Source: Octopus sinensis
Lineage: Eukaryota
NCBI RefSeq assembly: GCF_006345805.1
Contig: NC_042998.1
Coordinates: 76,012,001-76,076,000 of the forward strand
Direction: 5' to 3'
Length of the DNA: 64,000 bases
Shown here: positions 1 through 12,557 of the stretch, one piece after another
Layout: each line of letters begins with the position of its first letter
How positions within the stretch are numbered: position 1 is the first letter of the stretch
The notes under the pieces: model-generated
The model's database searches: none
Told to the model about the DNA's origin: nothing
Seen by the model: only the letters and a program-made list of their open reading frames with translations
Program-made: the position numbers and the translations under genes

Positions 1-285
1 AGACATCTTATCTGGCCACCACAGTCCCCAGACCTCAATATTATTGAACATTTATGGTGCATTTTAGAAAAACATGTAAGGAGTCGATATCCTCCACCAT
101 CATCACTACAAGAGCTGGAGACTGTTTTAACTGAAGAATGGACAAAAATTCCTTTCGAAACAATTCAAACTTTGTATGAGTCTATACCTCATAGAATTCA
201 TGCTGTAATTACTGCCAAAGGTGGTCCTACCCTATATGAAAATAAATTTGTTTTAAATTTTAAGGTGTTACTATTATTTTGTCAT
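1..285 (+). mobile_element. Tc1-family transposon 3' end (transposase C-terminus)
   Basis: Frame 1 reads RHLIWPPQSPDLNIIEHLW...AVITAKGGPTLY, matching the Tc1 WPxQSPDLNPIE motif and the KGGxTxY end. It runs into a TIR-like remnant and then (TA)n. Confidence 0.9.
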
Positions 286-334
286 ATATATATATATATA
301 TATATATACATTATACATATATATATACACACAT

Positions 335-367
<33 letters not shown>

Positions 368-487
368 CCTATATGTGTGTGTTTGCATGTGTGTGTATAA
401 ATACATATATATATTATATATATATACATATATATATTATATATATATATACATACATACATAATGCATTATACATACATACATATA
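285..487. repeat. (TA)n/(TACA)n microsatellite; similar tracts at 1049-1223 and 5040-5136
   Basis: Directly visible. These tracts generate the YI-repeat ORFs. Confidence 0.95.
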
Positions 488-1048
488 TCATCAACATCAT
501 TATCATCATCATCGTTTAGCGTCCGCTTTCCATGCTGGCATGGGTTGGACGGTTCAACTGGGGTCTGGGAATCCAGAAGGCTGCACCAGGCCCAGTCTGA
601 TCTGGCAATGTTTCTACGGCTGGATGCCCTTCCTAACGCCAACCACTCCATGAGTGTAGTGGGTGCTTTTTACGTGCCACTGGCACAGGTGCCAGGCAAG
701 GCTGGCAAATGGCCATGTTCGGATGGTTCTCTTATGTGCCACCGGCACTGGTATCACAGCCACAATTTCCATTGATGTTGATCGATTTGGATTTTGATTT
801 TCACTTGCCTCAACAGGTCTTCACAAGTAGAGTTTTGTGTCCCAAGAAGGAAAGGTATGCATAAGTGGACTGGCATAGGTGGACTGGCTACATCCCAGGT
901 AGAGGCCACGGATTATGGTCTCACTTGTCCTGCCGGGTCTTCTCACGCACAGCATACTTCCAAAGGTCTCGGTCTCTAGTCATTTCCTCAGTGAGACCTA
1001 AAGTTCAAAGGTCGTGCTTCACCACCTCGTCCCAGGTTTTCCTGGGTC
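488..1048 (-). mobile_element. RTE-clade LINE, 5'-truncated 3' fragment
   Basis: The minus strand encodes the RTE ORF end ([13 protein letters not shown]...). It carries the 3' UTR shared by many copies in the window and an (ATG)n tail. Confidence 0.85.
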
Positions 1049-1118
1049 ATATATATACATATATATACATATATCATCATCATCATCATATTTATATATA
1101 TATATAATGCATTATATA

Positions 1119-1172
<54 letters not shown>

Positions 1173-1223
1173 GTACATACATACATATATATATATACAT
1201 ACATACATACATACATACATATA

Positions 1224-2806
1224 TCTCTTCTCTATATATATAAAACTGAGAATGTCTGTCTGTCTGTGTGTTTCCCTAAAACTTGAGAACTACACAACCA
1301 ATTTCATTCAAATTTTACACATGCCTTACTTAGGGTCCATCTAGTTTGATGGGCAAAAAAAATGTTCAACTCCTTGTCTAGGGCGAGCCCATAGCAATAT
1401 CATATCTTCTCCACTATTTCAGTATTACGTGTTAAAAGTGAAACAAAAACATTTCTCTATTTTATGTCAGATACTTTCACTTTAACAATAAAAATTAGAG
1501 ATAATAATAACAATTGAATTATATGTAGTAAGTAATAATTAAAATCAAACTAAAGTATAATATAATCGTAACATAACAAAAGTAAAAATAGCAATTGGTA
1601 TAAAATTGCATCAATGACTTGAACTTGAATAAGTGGTTTCACATGAATGGGAATAAATTAAAAATAAAATTAGCATGCAGAAATGGAATAGTCCAGATGG
1701 AGCTGTGCACATACCGTTTACCACGACTTTTACATTAGATTATCTGCTAATTAGCTAGCATTAAGTATCTATATGAAGTTTGGCTATATGTAATGTCTGT
1801 TTTCTCGAACAGCCACTTCAACTGAGTACTGTTGTTGGTTTATTTCTTATACATAAAGGGCTATAGCTTCAACTGCATACTGCTTTTTGATTCACCATAA
1901 GGTTTGTTGTTATTATTATTACTGTTTAACTATTGTTATCATGTTTGTTGGTTCCTCGTAAGGGAAGCGTTGTGTTGCATTTGTTAAATAATTGTAAACT
2001 GTAACCCTCCCCCTTTGGGAGAAGGAGCTTTGATTATTGTTTAAAAATTGAATTGTGTCCCTGTTTGAGGAAATTGACAATATTTTCACCGTTTATACGG
2101 AAGCATTTTTGTTAGAATGCCTTCGATAGAAGAAAGTCCAAAAATGAATTTCGCTGCAGCCGTTGGTGGGCGCGAACTCATTAAAATTAAAAAGGAAGAA
2201 ATACAAACCTATTTCGGATTTATCACCGACAAAGACGGTGAATCTAGGATAACACTACCAAATGAAATAAAAAATTAAATTAAAGAAAAGACTATTGTCT
2301 ATAAAGTATACAATATAGAGAAAAAAAGATTTGAACACCTGGAGGAAAGCACCATCGAAAAGTGTCTTGGTGCGAATATGAAAGATATCTAACCAGAGGC
2401 AGTAAATTTGCCACAATAGAAGCAAGGTTCGAGTCAACGGAGCATGCAAGGGAGTACTTGACTCGAACCTTGCAAAGTGGAAATATTTCATTTTTACCTT
2501 TATATTTGGGACGTAGGACGTCCTGGATAAAAATTTAAAATGTTCCCCCAGAAGTAGAAGTTGGCTGGATTGTAGAGGGAGGACAAGATACAATTGATCG
2601 AAATTGCAAGAGACGGGCCTACAATTCCAATTTGTTATATATTTTGAGTATTGTTATCACTAGCGATATCAAGATATAACCTTGCATTTTGTATTTTATG
2701 TGTAGATGTATATATATATAGATGTACATGTAATATGTACACATATATATACACATATATACATGCACTAGCACTATGACCCGGCAACGACGGGTCATAA
2801 TGCTAG
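1224..2806 (+). mobile_element. Non-autonomous Helitron-like element
   Basis: 5' end A|TCTCTTCTCTATATATATAAAA followed by (TGTC)n. 3' hairpin TATGACCCG-N7-CGGGTCATA followed by CTAG|T. A/T insertion site and no TSD. Confidence 0.7.
2117..2580 (+). pseudogene. Decayed LINE ORF1 (L1/Tx1-like gag) fragment inside the Helitron
   Basis: Reads MPSIEESPKMNFAAAVGG...FATIEARFES...LYLGRRTSWIKI*NVPPEV, with stops and a frameshift. FAAAV and IxNVPPE resemble L1/Tx1 ORF1 motifs (inference). Confidence 0.45.
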
Positions 2807-3359
2807 TATATATATATATACACCACACACTCAATAACACTATGAAATGGTCAAAACTGAAATTCTTTTACCCCAAGATCTTAGACCCCCCTTGGAGTAA
2901 GCATCCTGTCCAGCAGAGCAAAAAAATTCTTTTCTTCTTCTTCCCTCTCCCTTCCCCTCTTTTTCTTTAGCACTCATTCCAAATACAAAAACACACACAC
3001 GCAAGCACACACACACATGCTCTCTCTTTCTCACTTTCTCCTCATCCATCACCCTCTTGTACTGTCTTATATTCCTCCCCACCACTACAAACTCAATACC
3101 ACTATAAAATGGTCAAAACTTTTCACACAGGAACTTAGTTTGATTTGAAAACCCCACTAGAATGGGAGAAAGCGCTAATACATGATCTAAGTTATATGAT
3201 GTATAAAAAATGTAATATACAAATAAATATCTGTAAATATAAACCATCCGATTTTCTGAGTACCTCATTTCTTCTAATATATATATATGGGGTGTGTGCT
3301 GATACATATATATAAACACATCCATATATATATATACACACATACATACACACATCTGA

Positions 3360-3518
3360 CAGGCATCTTTCAGTGTCTGTCAAGCACATCTATCCACAAG
3401 GCTTTATTCTGCCCAGGGCTATAGTAGAAGACACTTGCTGAAAATGCCACACAGTGGAACTGAACCTGAAACCATGCAGTTGAAAAGCAAGCTTCTTAAC
3501 CACACAGCCATGCCTGCA
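3360..3518 (-). mobile_element. tRNA-derived SINE (CORE/OR-like family); other copies at ~4180-4325(+), 5923-6080(-), 20408-20555(-), 25855-26010(-)
   Basis: Repeated motif CCACATGGTT..GGTTCAGTCCCACTG..TGGCACCTTGGGCAAGTGTCTTCTACTATAGC. The family name is tentative. Confidence 0.7.
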
Positions 3519-4348
3519 TCTATTATATATAAAATCTTTCTTCTCAGTACCTAGTCAGGGATCCCACCTAACCTTCTATGTACCCCCTTGGAAATACAGC
3601 ACTGGTCTCTTTCGGTTGACTGAAACTTTCTTCTTTGCCTAACTGATTTTTAGGTTTCTTCATTCAAGTCTCTGCTTCCACATATGGAACTTTACCTTTA
3701 ATCTCCTAAATTGCATGTATAAAAGATTTTTTTTTTCTTTTTTACAAACAGCCAATCTTGATTACCTGTTATTATCTGGAAAAATGTAATAAACTGGAAG
3801 AATCTGACATAAACTTCCTCACTCAGCTAGTTGCTAATTCTCACTTTTGTGGCAGCACCCCTGCACATAGCTTGTACAGTTCTTACAAGTCATTCATCTA
3901 CATTGTGTTTTCTTAGCAACCACCAGACAACAGAACATGATGGTCTGTCAACAAACTGTCTCCAGGTCAATAAAAACTTAGCATGTAGGTCATCCAGATG
4001 TAGAAACCAGGCCACATTAGACTAGAACCTGATGCAGCTCTCCTGCTTGCCGGTTCTGGTTCAACCATACAACTCATGCCAACATGGAAAACAAACATTA
4101 AATGATGATGATGATGGTGGTGGTGGTGGTGGTGGTGTGTGTTTATAAAATTACATATATCATACGTTCCTGCACAGTCATGTGGATACAGAGTTTACTT
4201 AGTAGCCACATGGTTCCTAGTTCTAACTCATTGTGTGGCAACTTGAGTAAGTGTTTTCTACCCTAAACTCGGACCAATCAATACTATGAGTAAATTTGGT
4301 AGACAGAAATTTGTATGGATGCCAACTGTGTTGTGTGTGTGTGTGTGC

Positions 4349-4383
<35 letters not shown>

Positions 4384-5035
4384 CGTGTGTGTGTTTATGT
4401 ATACGTGTACTTGAGCATGCATTAATGTTTACATTCTACACGTCTTCATTTGAACCAAATGGTGGTCATGTTTACATTCCCTGTAAATAATATTGCTTGT
4501 AGCTCTGCACTGTTGAAGACAAGAAGAGTATAAAAATCCTTTACTTGAAAAATAGAAAAGAGTCAGTGACACGAAGGGATTCAACTGCAAAATACTACTT
4601 AAAGAAGTCATCATCCAACCCTTGATAACATGGAAAAGTGGATGTAAAAACAAACAAACAAATAATTTCTATCCTAAATGAGTCTGATGCTGTTCTCAAA
4701 TGTCTGTACAACAATAACTATTTAATGTCTACTGCTTCAATTAGTCATCATCATTGTCGTCGTTATCATTTTAACATTCACTTTTCCATGCTTGCATGGG
4801 TTAGAAGGCAAATTTTCTATAGCCTGATGTTCTGAGTGTCACCAACTCTCGCCTGTTTCCAAGCAGGGTAATATTTCACCTATGAGACATGTTCTCACAG
4901 TAAATTGGAAATAAATGACACTGCTTGTATGACCGTCACACATACACACATTATATATATATATAATATTCTTTTATTCCTTTACTTGTTTCAGTCACTT
5001 GGTTGCGACCATGCTGGAGCACCACCTTGTAGGGC

Positions 5036-5103
<68 letters not shown>

Positions 5104-5136
5104 ATATATATAATATATATATATATACATATATAT

Positions 5137-5890
5137 ATGGCAGCAAAACATGGGCTGTGACTGCTAAGGACATGCATAAGCTTCCAAGAAATAAAGCTAG
5201 TATGCTCTGCTGCATGTGTAATATCAGTGTGTATACACAACAGCTGTGTGAAAAAGTATCACACCCTAGCAATAGAAGAAACCTGTGGAAAAGGAAGACC
5301 CAGAAAGACCTGGGATGAGGTGGTGAAGCACAACCTTCAAATGTTGGGCTTCACAGAGGCAATGACAAGTGACCGAAACCTTTGGAGATATGCTGTGCTT
5401 GAGAAGACCTGGCAAACCAAATGAGACCATAACCATGGCCTATGACAGTGCAGCATAACCAGCCCATTTAAGAGCACCCTTCAATCATTGGGCAATAAAC
5501 TGTGCTTGCAAAGACCTGTTGAGTCAAGTGAAGTCATTGTCATGGCTGATGCAAGTACCGCCTGTCTAGCAGGCATGCCAGTGGCACATAAAAAGCACCA
5601 TTCAAGTGTAGTCTGATGTCAGTGCTGCCTGACTGGTCCCATGCTGGTGTCAAGTAAATACCAACATTTGAGCATGTTCGTTGCTAGTGTCACCTGACTG
5701 GCTCCCGTGCTGGTGGCATGTAAAAAGCACCATTCAAGTGTGGTTGGCATTAGGAAGGGCATCAAGCTGTAGAAACTTTGCCAGATCAGATTGAAGCCTG
5801 GAGCAGCCTTCTGGCTTGCCAGCTATCAAACAAACCGTCCAACCCATGCCAGGACAGAAAGCAGACATTAAACAACAATGATGATGATGA
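5137..5890 (+). mobile_element. RTE LINE 3' fragment
   Basis: YGSKTWAVTAKDM... and [15 protein letters not shown]..., followed by the 3' UTR and (ATG)n tail. Confidence 0.85.
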
Positions 5891-8055
5891 TATATATATA
5901 TATATATATATATACATACACAACAGGCTTCTTTTATTTTCTGTGTACCAAACCCATTCATAAGGCTTTGGTTGGCCCAGAGTTATAAAAGAAGACACTT
6001 TCCCAAGATTCCACACAATAGAATTGAATCCAGAACCATGTGGTTGGAAAGTGGACTTATGACCATACAACCACACCTGCTAGAAATTTTACTTTCATTC
6101 AGAACAGTAGTCTTAAAAGTTCTTGTTCGGCCAGTAGTACAAAAACCTAATCCATCTCTATATTCATTAGTTATCCTAAAATAATTTTCTAACAGTTTGA
6201 TCATCACATACTCAGTTATCAACACAAATCAATTAAACAACTTCTGTATGGTCACTCAACCTGCTAGAAATAATAGCAGGTTTGATTCACAGTCATTTGA
6301 ATAAGGAAAGATATTCAGTAATGCAATTCTAGATATACAAAAAGCTGATGATCATGGACAGATTGCCTTTGATCATAGATTTTTTCTTCAATCACAGTAA
6401 CAATAACTATATCATTCATAGCATTCATACAAATCCTAGCTAATCAGAACTAGTTCCCACTTACATTGCTCTCCTAACATCTACTTTGGAGGAGCTTATA
6501 AATAGTCATAAAACTAGTTAGAAATAGTAGCTACATCTCCCTCAAACCACACTAAACCATCTAAAAAAAAAGACAGAATTACTAGATAGTCTGATTCTAG
6601 ATACATTGTTTCCATAAAGAAGATGGGATGGTCATTGTTGGAAAGCCTTTTGATTAGATGTTGTCCAATCAAGAATAAACTGGGACTAAGTAACAATATC
6701 ATTGCTGGTTTTAATGTCCAGTTGCTCTCACAGCACACTTCTGTTCCTCCACAAAACATCCAATACATCCATAATTGATTCATTAGTCACCTGCCTTCAT
6801 CTGTTAATCTATATCGAGTATGTTTGCACATTGGACAGTAGTTCTCCATCAGTTTTCTCAAGTTGCTACTTGCTCTTCAATGTCTTTCCAGTGTATTTTG
6901 GCAGCCTACTGGTCCTCCTGAGAAGTTCAACAATACATGTGCCCCATGGTCTTCTCCATCTTTTTTTTACACAGGATTCCATCTACATTTGACATAGTGA
7001 GAGAAAACCCTTTTCCATAGATACTAACAACCTCTTGGAACTCCTCTGGTCCTCCTTTCTTATAGCTATTTTTATATTATCACTACATCAACCTCAAGCA
7101 CTAATTATGTTGCCAAAACGTTCTATTACATTCTGCATGAGATTTTGTCATGCATGGAGTAATTTTAAATGTAAGACTAAGAATCTGGGCTAAAGTTCTG
7201 CAAAAGAACTGGGCTGTGATAAATAAGTGCCAGGGATATGAGAAAATACATAATTCTATATAGGCAATAGATGACAACAGAACTTCTGACAAATGGACTG
7301 GAAAGCAGAAATTGTCTGAGAGACAAGATTGTAAATAATTACCAGAACAACTATAAACTGAATGAACGGCTAAGATAACTTAATTGAAAAATAAAAAAAG
7401 TAGATTTATCACCTAAATAACAGTAATTTAAACTAAGAGGTGACCACATAAACTAGAGGAGATTTTAAGTATTGCTTCTTTTAATACCTATTTGAACAAT
7501 AAACAATCAAAAATGTTTAAGTATAAGCCGAAACCACTTTAGAAAATCTAGAGAAATTAAAGAATAAGTTTGAGTACGTTTAGTCACAGGTCAATCCTCA
7601 TCAAGCAGAACTTTGATCAAAGGTGTTCTAGCCAGGACTGTCCACCCTTTTAAAGGCATCTAGAAATACATAATCCAGTATGTATTTTTTTTTAAGACGG
7701 TAGGTCTGAAGGAAATATAAATTTCCTGCTATTTCTAGCAGGTAGAGCGACTACGTACGGACATTCGTATAAGAAATACATGTGAATTAGATGGCGGGAC
7801 ATTTGAGTCATTGTTAAGTGCATATATTGGAAATAGCGTTATTAGAATGGACATGTAATATGAATTGGTGCTACATACTGACACTGTATTGATAGACTTA
7901 GGAAGAACTAATCAGATCGTATTCGAAAAATGCCGACCTGAATATTGAATAACAGATTCATCCGACCCATGTTTGCTTTGGATGGTCATAATTACAACGA
8001 TGAAGACGAGAAAGAAACAATTAAAGATATATATCTAAATATATGAAAGAAATAC

Positions 8056-8957
8056 CTTAATTCGTCAGTTTTTTCTTTTGTAAACTGATGCCTTGTTTCA
8101 AATGGACAATAACCAGGACCAGCATTTACAACTGATGAAGACTCTGCCGTCACTGCTTTTCCAATCAAATTCCTTTCCATGTTTTGAGGGACACACTTTA
8201 CTTTCAATCGATGACCCATATCAGCCATGGTCGGACTATATACAGTAGACGATGACATTTCTTGCCATTCCCTTACACCATCAGTATTCTCAGAATCTTT
8301 TTTCGTTGCTCGATACCATGTCACTGTACATTGGGTGATATCAGTAAACTCGCAATCCATTTGAATGTAAACAGGAAAATTAACCATCATACTGGACGGT
8401 ATTATCAGTTTATTTACTGCCGGACCGTTTACTAATACGTGGAACACTTTATCACCAATATGTAATTCGGAACCAGCTGTCCAAGCTTCAACATTTGGTG
8501 TTGTGTCACTGAGTTGATGATCATCTCTCCATACAGAAATTGGCAATGCATCTTCATCTTCCACTTTAGGGATTGCGTTTCTTTCCTTTTTCTTCTTCTT
8601 GCACTTGTTCAGAAATCGAGACATGTTAGCACGTAGTCTCAACAAAGACTGTCCCAGTAATTCATTTTTATTTCTTTGAAGGTTAAAGTTCCGCGCTGGT
8701 AGCCCATTATGACTATATTCAAAACTTATTTTCAGTGTTTCGTCATCCGGCAGACAAGTTACGTTCAAATTATTGAAGGACATATTGTTGTTGCAGCTTA
8801 AAACACAAAAAACTCTTGTTACTTGGTGTCTATGGATATAATGTGAGAGGGCAGCTGATCTTTCAGTAACAGTACAACATTGACTACAGGTTCTAGCAGT
8901 AAATAATTGATTATTTAGTAATCGACGACCAACACCCAACACCAAACAACGCTGCAT
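8056..8957 (-). CDS. PDE12: 2',5'-phosphodiesterase 12 (mitochondrial deadenylase), first coding exon; later exons not found in the window
   Basis: Long ORF with an Arg-rich, acid-poor N-terminus and the motifs RNFNLQR, NKCKKKKK, YSPTMADMGHRLKVKCVP and AGPGYCPFETRHQFT, typical of the PDE12 N-terminal region. Donor AG|GTATTT at 8055 (phase 2), just before the expected EEP domain. Confidence 0.85.
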
Positions 8958-9881
8958 GGCCTGTGGGCTAAATTATAAAAGGAATTTTTCATTCTTACAC
9001 CGGATCTATGGAAGGGAGATGACTCTAAATTTGGTATAATTGACAGCTGATGTAATATTTTGAAGAAATTAATTATTTATTTTGCCAAGAAATATAAACC
9101 ACTTTGTTACAGAAGAAAGTATTACGGGTTGTTAGTGTGGTATTAGTGGCATTTATTTCAGTGCTATTCAAAAGATATAAAATATCCTTGTAACTCAACA
9201 GCATAACGTCTTTCAAATTATTCAACTAAATTTTACTTATAGTTAATACATTATTTATTGTTCAGGCAACACTGTTGCTTAGGTGATATTTACAACCGAC
9301 AAACTATTGCACGTCAAAATCTCCTTACATAAAATACATTTCATTGTTTTCGGATTCTACTGTTTTACTACACAATGAAATATAGTTTTATAATGAAAGT
9401 GAAGGTTTATGTATCTGTGGAGTAACTCCATCTCCCATTATAATTGTTTTGTAGTTTCAAGGAGCTGGAACGGGTCGCCGATTTGTGACGTCCGTGCGAA
9501 GCAAGGTGATGAGAATGGCTCCTTAATACATCACACGGTCGATACAATAAATATATAGAACAATGCATATATGTGCCAGAGAGAAATAAGAGACACAACC
9601 AGGTAGAATGTTTAAGAGAAGATTTATTGATATGCATGTAGAAAATACAAGGCAGGAGCAGTGGTAAACTATAAAGAATTGAACAATAAGGAACAAGAAA
9701 AACAATAGAGTACAAAGAAAAAAATTAGCAATAAAAAAGGCAAAATAGGTTAAGTATAGGGAAAACCTAAAACAAATGTTATATTACTATAAATAGAATT
9801 TTAAAGATTTAAAAGTTACATTTATGAATTTGTGTTGCAAGAGTCCTGATAAAAAAAATGAACATCCTGAAATACAATTGA

Positions 9882-10045
9882 TGTTTCCTGAGATTTGCCA
9901 ACACTACACCTGATTTTCTCCTCTTCATACACACGCAAGCATCTATCTGACTCATACAGTGTTCACTTTCCAGACATTTGTACATTACTGCATATGCTTT
10001 ATACGCACTTTTGACAAGTTATGGTGCACCTGAGCACTGTAAAAC
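9882..10045 (+). mobile_element. CR1-type LINE 3' end fragment
   Basis: Reverse-complement match to the 3' UTR of the CR1 copy at 37926-38110 (CCAACACTACACCTGATTT...GGTGCACCTGAGCACTGTA). Confidence 0.8.
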
Positions 10046-10265
10046 AGCACCAATTGCAGTGTTTGCTGCATCAACTATAAGTGCCTTCCATAATAATAAT
10101 GATAATTTTAATCCTTTCTACTGGAAGCACAAAGCCTCAAATTTGGGGGAAGTGGTTAAGTCGATTACATTGACCACATTGAACTCAGAACATGCAGACA
10201 GACAAAATACTGCTAAGCATTTTGCTTGGCATGCTAACAGTTCTGCCAGCTTACCGCCCTCCATA

Positions 10266-10297
<32 letters not shown>

Positions 10298-10313
10298 GAC
10301 GATGATGATGATG

Positions 10314-10344
<31 letters not shown>

Positions 10345-10346
<2 letters not shown>

Positions 10347-11250
10347 TAACATCTGTGTTCCATGCTAGCATGGGTGGGACATTACCATAAGTGCCAGCCA
10401 GGCCGAAGCCTGCACCAGACTTCTGTGACTGTTTGGGCAGGATTTTTACAGTGTGGACTGGGTGCTTTTAAGTGGTACCTGCACTGACAGGGTCACCAAG
10501 TGCTTCAAGACAAAAACTTTTAAGGAGGGGAGGAGGCATTGGAGAAGATGATGTTAAAATGGTTATAGTGAGATAGATACAAGCGTCTTGCTGTAGAGGA
10601 AGTATAAGGTTACCTGGCCAGAGAGAGAAAGATCAGGCATGAAGACAGAAACAGATGTGCTACCACAAAGAAAATACATGGTTGCCCATCCTGAGGGAAG
10701 TGCTGGAGAAAGAGAGAGAGAGAGAGTAGGAGACCACAGGATGGAGAAGGTGACAAAATGCTGAGCATACTCACAAGGAACAGGGATCAAAGTATAAATG
10801 AGATGGTTGAGTACAGGAAGAGAGAGATATAGATAGTGGCAAGTGACAGGATATTGTGAAGGGAGTGTAAGTGGCAAAAGACCTGGATATATATAGAGTT
10901 GGAGGGGCTATCAGATAGCAATGGCATAGAGGAATAGGGGTGTGAGGACAGGATTGGGGAGTGAGAGCTAGGCATAGTGAATGAAAGAGGAAATGCAAGA
11001 AAGAGAAGGGATGCAGATTGGTTTGTTGGGGTAGGCTAGCAGATGGCAATAATAGAGTGAGACAAGGTATGTGGATAGAATGCACAGGTTGGGAGCAAGC
11101 AGTGATACAGTGGCACCAGGCCAAGAGGACAAGATTGGGGAATGGAAGGTAATCATAGTACATGAAGCAGAAATGTGAGGAAGAGAAGGGATATAGAAAC
11201 ATAGTTTGGTTCATTGTGGTAGAGTGTGTGAGAAGTGGTTTTGTTGAGTG
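10345..11250 (-). mobile_element. RTE subfamily 3' UTR with a long pyrimidine-rich segment
   Basis: Reverse complement of 49030-49760, plus the common RTE terminal motif CCATGCTAGCATGG. Confidence 0.7.
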
Positions 11251-11275
11251 CTTAATAATAATAATAATAATAATA

Positions 11276-11478
11276 ATCCTTTCTACTAAAGTTTGTGGGG
11301 AAGAGACTAGTCGATTACATTGACCCCAGTGTTTCACTGGTACTTAATTTATAAAGCCTGAAAGGATGAAAGGCAAAGTCAACTTCCGTAGAACTTGAAC
11401 TCAGAACATAATGATGGATGAAATGCCACTAAGATTTTGCCAGACATGCTAACAATTCTGCTAGCTCACTGGCTTCCA
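11276..11478 (-). mobile_element. tRNA-derived SINE (GCCTTTCATCCTTT core family); further copies at 10110-10262(-) and 12560-12675(-)
   Basis: GAGCTAGCAGAATTGTTAGC head, GAGTTCAA B-box and (ATT)n tail on the minus strand. Confidence 0.8.
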
Positions 11479-11486
11479 TGATAATA

Positions 11487-11545
<59 letters not shown>

Positions 11546-12557
11546 CTGCGGCCTTAGATATTCTGAATGATAAATGGCAAGAAAAACCTCTCTATGGCAA
11601 ATACCCAAAGAGAGCAAATAATGCAGATGTTGACAAAGCCCTGATCCATCAATGGCTAATGGCCTCTGGCTTAAAATCTGAAACAGAGGGGTTTATCATA
11701 GCAGCTCAAGATCAATGCCTACCAACAAGAAACTACCAGGCCAACATATTAAAGATCAGAAGCAGTCCAACGTGTCGTGTATGCCAGCAACAAAATGAAA
11801 CGATTGACCATGTGGTCTCTAAGTGCAGTCTCCTAGCGCCTACAGAGTATCTCAACAGACATGATAGAGCTGCACAATATATTCACTGGGTAATCTGCAA
11901 AAACCTGGATTTGCCCCATGAGAAAAACTGGTGGGAACACAAACCACCCCCAGTGCTTGAAAATGACCACATCTCACTCCTCTGGAACTTCACCATTCAA
12001 ACTGACAGAAAGATAGATGCAAATAGGCCAGACATCATATTGAAAGACTTCAAACAAAGAACATGCCTCCTCATTGATATGACTGTCCCAATCGATATAA
12101 ACGTATCTGTCAAGACCTACCAAAAACTGAGCAAATATAAAGATCTTGAAATAGAAATCAGCAAAATGTGGAACCTGAAGACTAAAACAATACCTGTTGT
12201 CATAGGTGCCCTGGGAATGATAGCAAAAGGAGCTGATAGCTACCTAACTCAGATACCAGGAAACCCAAAAATGGCAGAAATTCAAAAGATAGTGCTCATG
12301 GGAACTGCTCATATCCTACGCAAAATACTTTCTATGTAATCTCAAGGTTTAAAACAAACATAATTTTCGGGGTTTTTTTTTTTTTTAGACATTCATTAGT
12401 ACAACACCAAAAACTCCCCCCCCCCCAAATATATGGCACACTAGGCATAACAACAACATGAACTTCCAACCTGTTGTCTCTTGAGGTCTCTGGGTGAGAC
12501 TTGGAGCCAACTTGTACAAATATAAAGCAAAACTCAAACATAGAATAATAATAATAA
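11546..12557 (+). mobile_element. R4/Dong-clade non-LTR retrotransposon with restriction-like endonuclease, 5'-truncated
   Basis: Open frame 11548-12339 with WQEKPLYG, the CCHC finger CRVC...ETIDHVVSKC, RHD, RPDII...IDMTVP and KLSKY (PD-(D/E)xK RLE). Flanked on both sides by (AAT)n. Confidence 0.88.

Noticed and set aside
172-1286. YIYI/poly-I/CVCV ORFs here and at 4296-5318, 9978-10349 and 11429-11617
   Set aside because: They are translations of (TA)n, (GT)n and (AAT)n microsatellites.
3570-3710. Possible PDE12 exon 2 on the minus strand (AG...GT bounded)
   Set aside because: It translates as a stop-ridden RTE piece (LKVKFHMWKQRLE*), not the EEP domain.
10771-11337. 188-aa ORF on the minus strand
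   Set aside because: It is a chance frame across a SINE, (ATT)n and the low-complexity RTE UTR.
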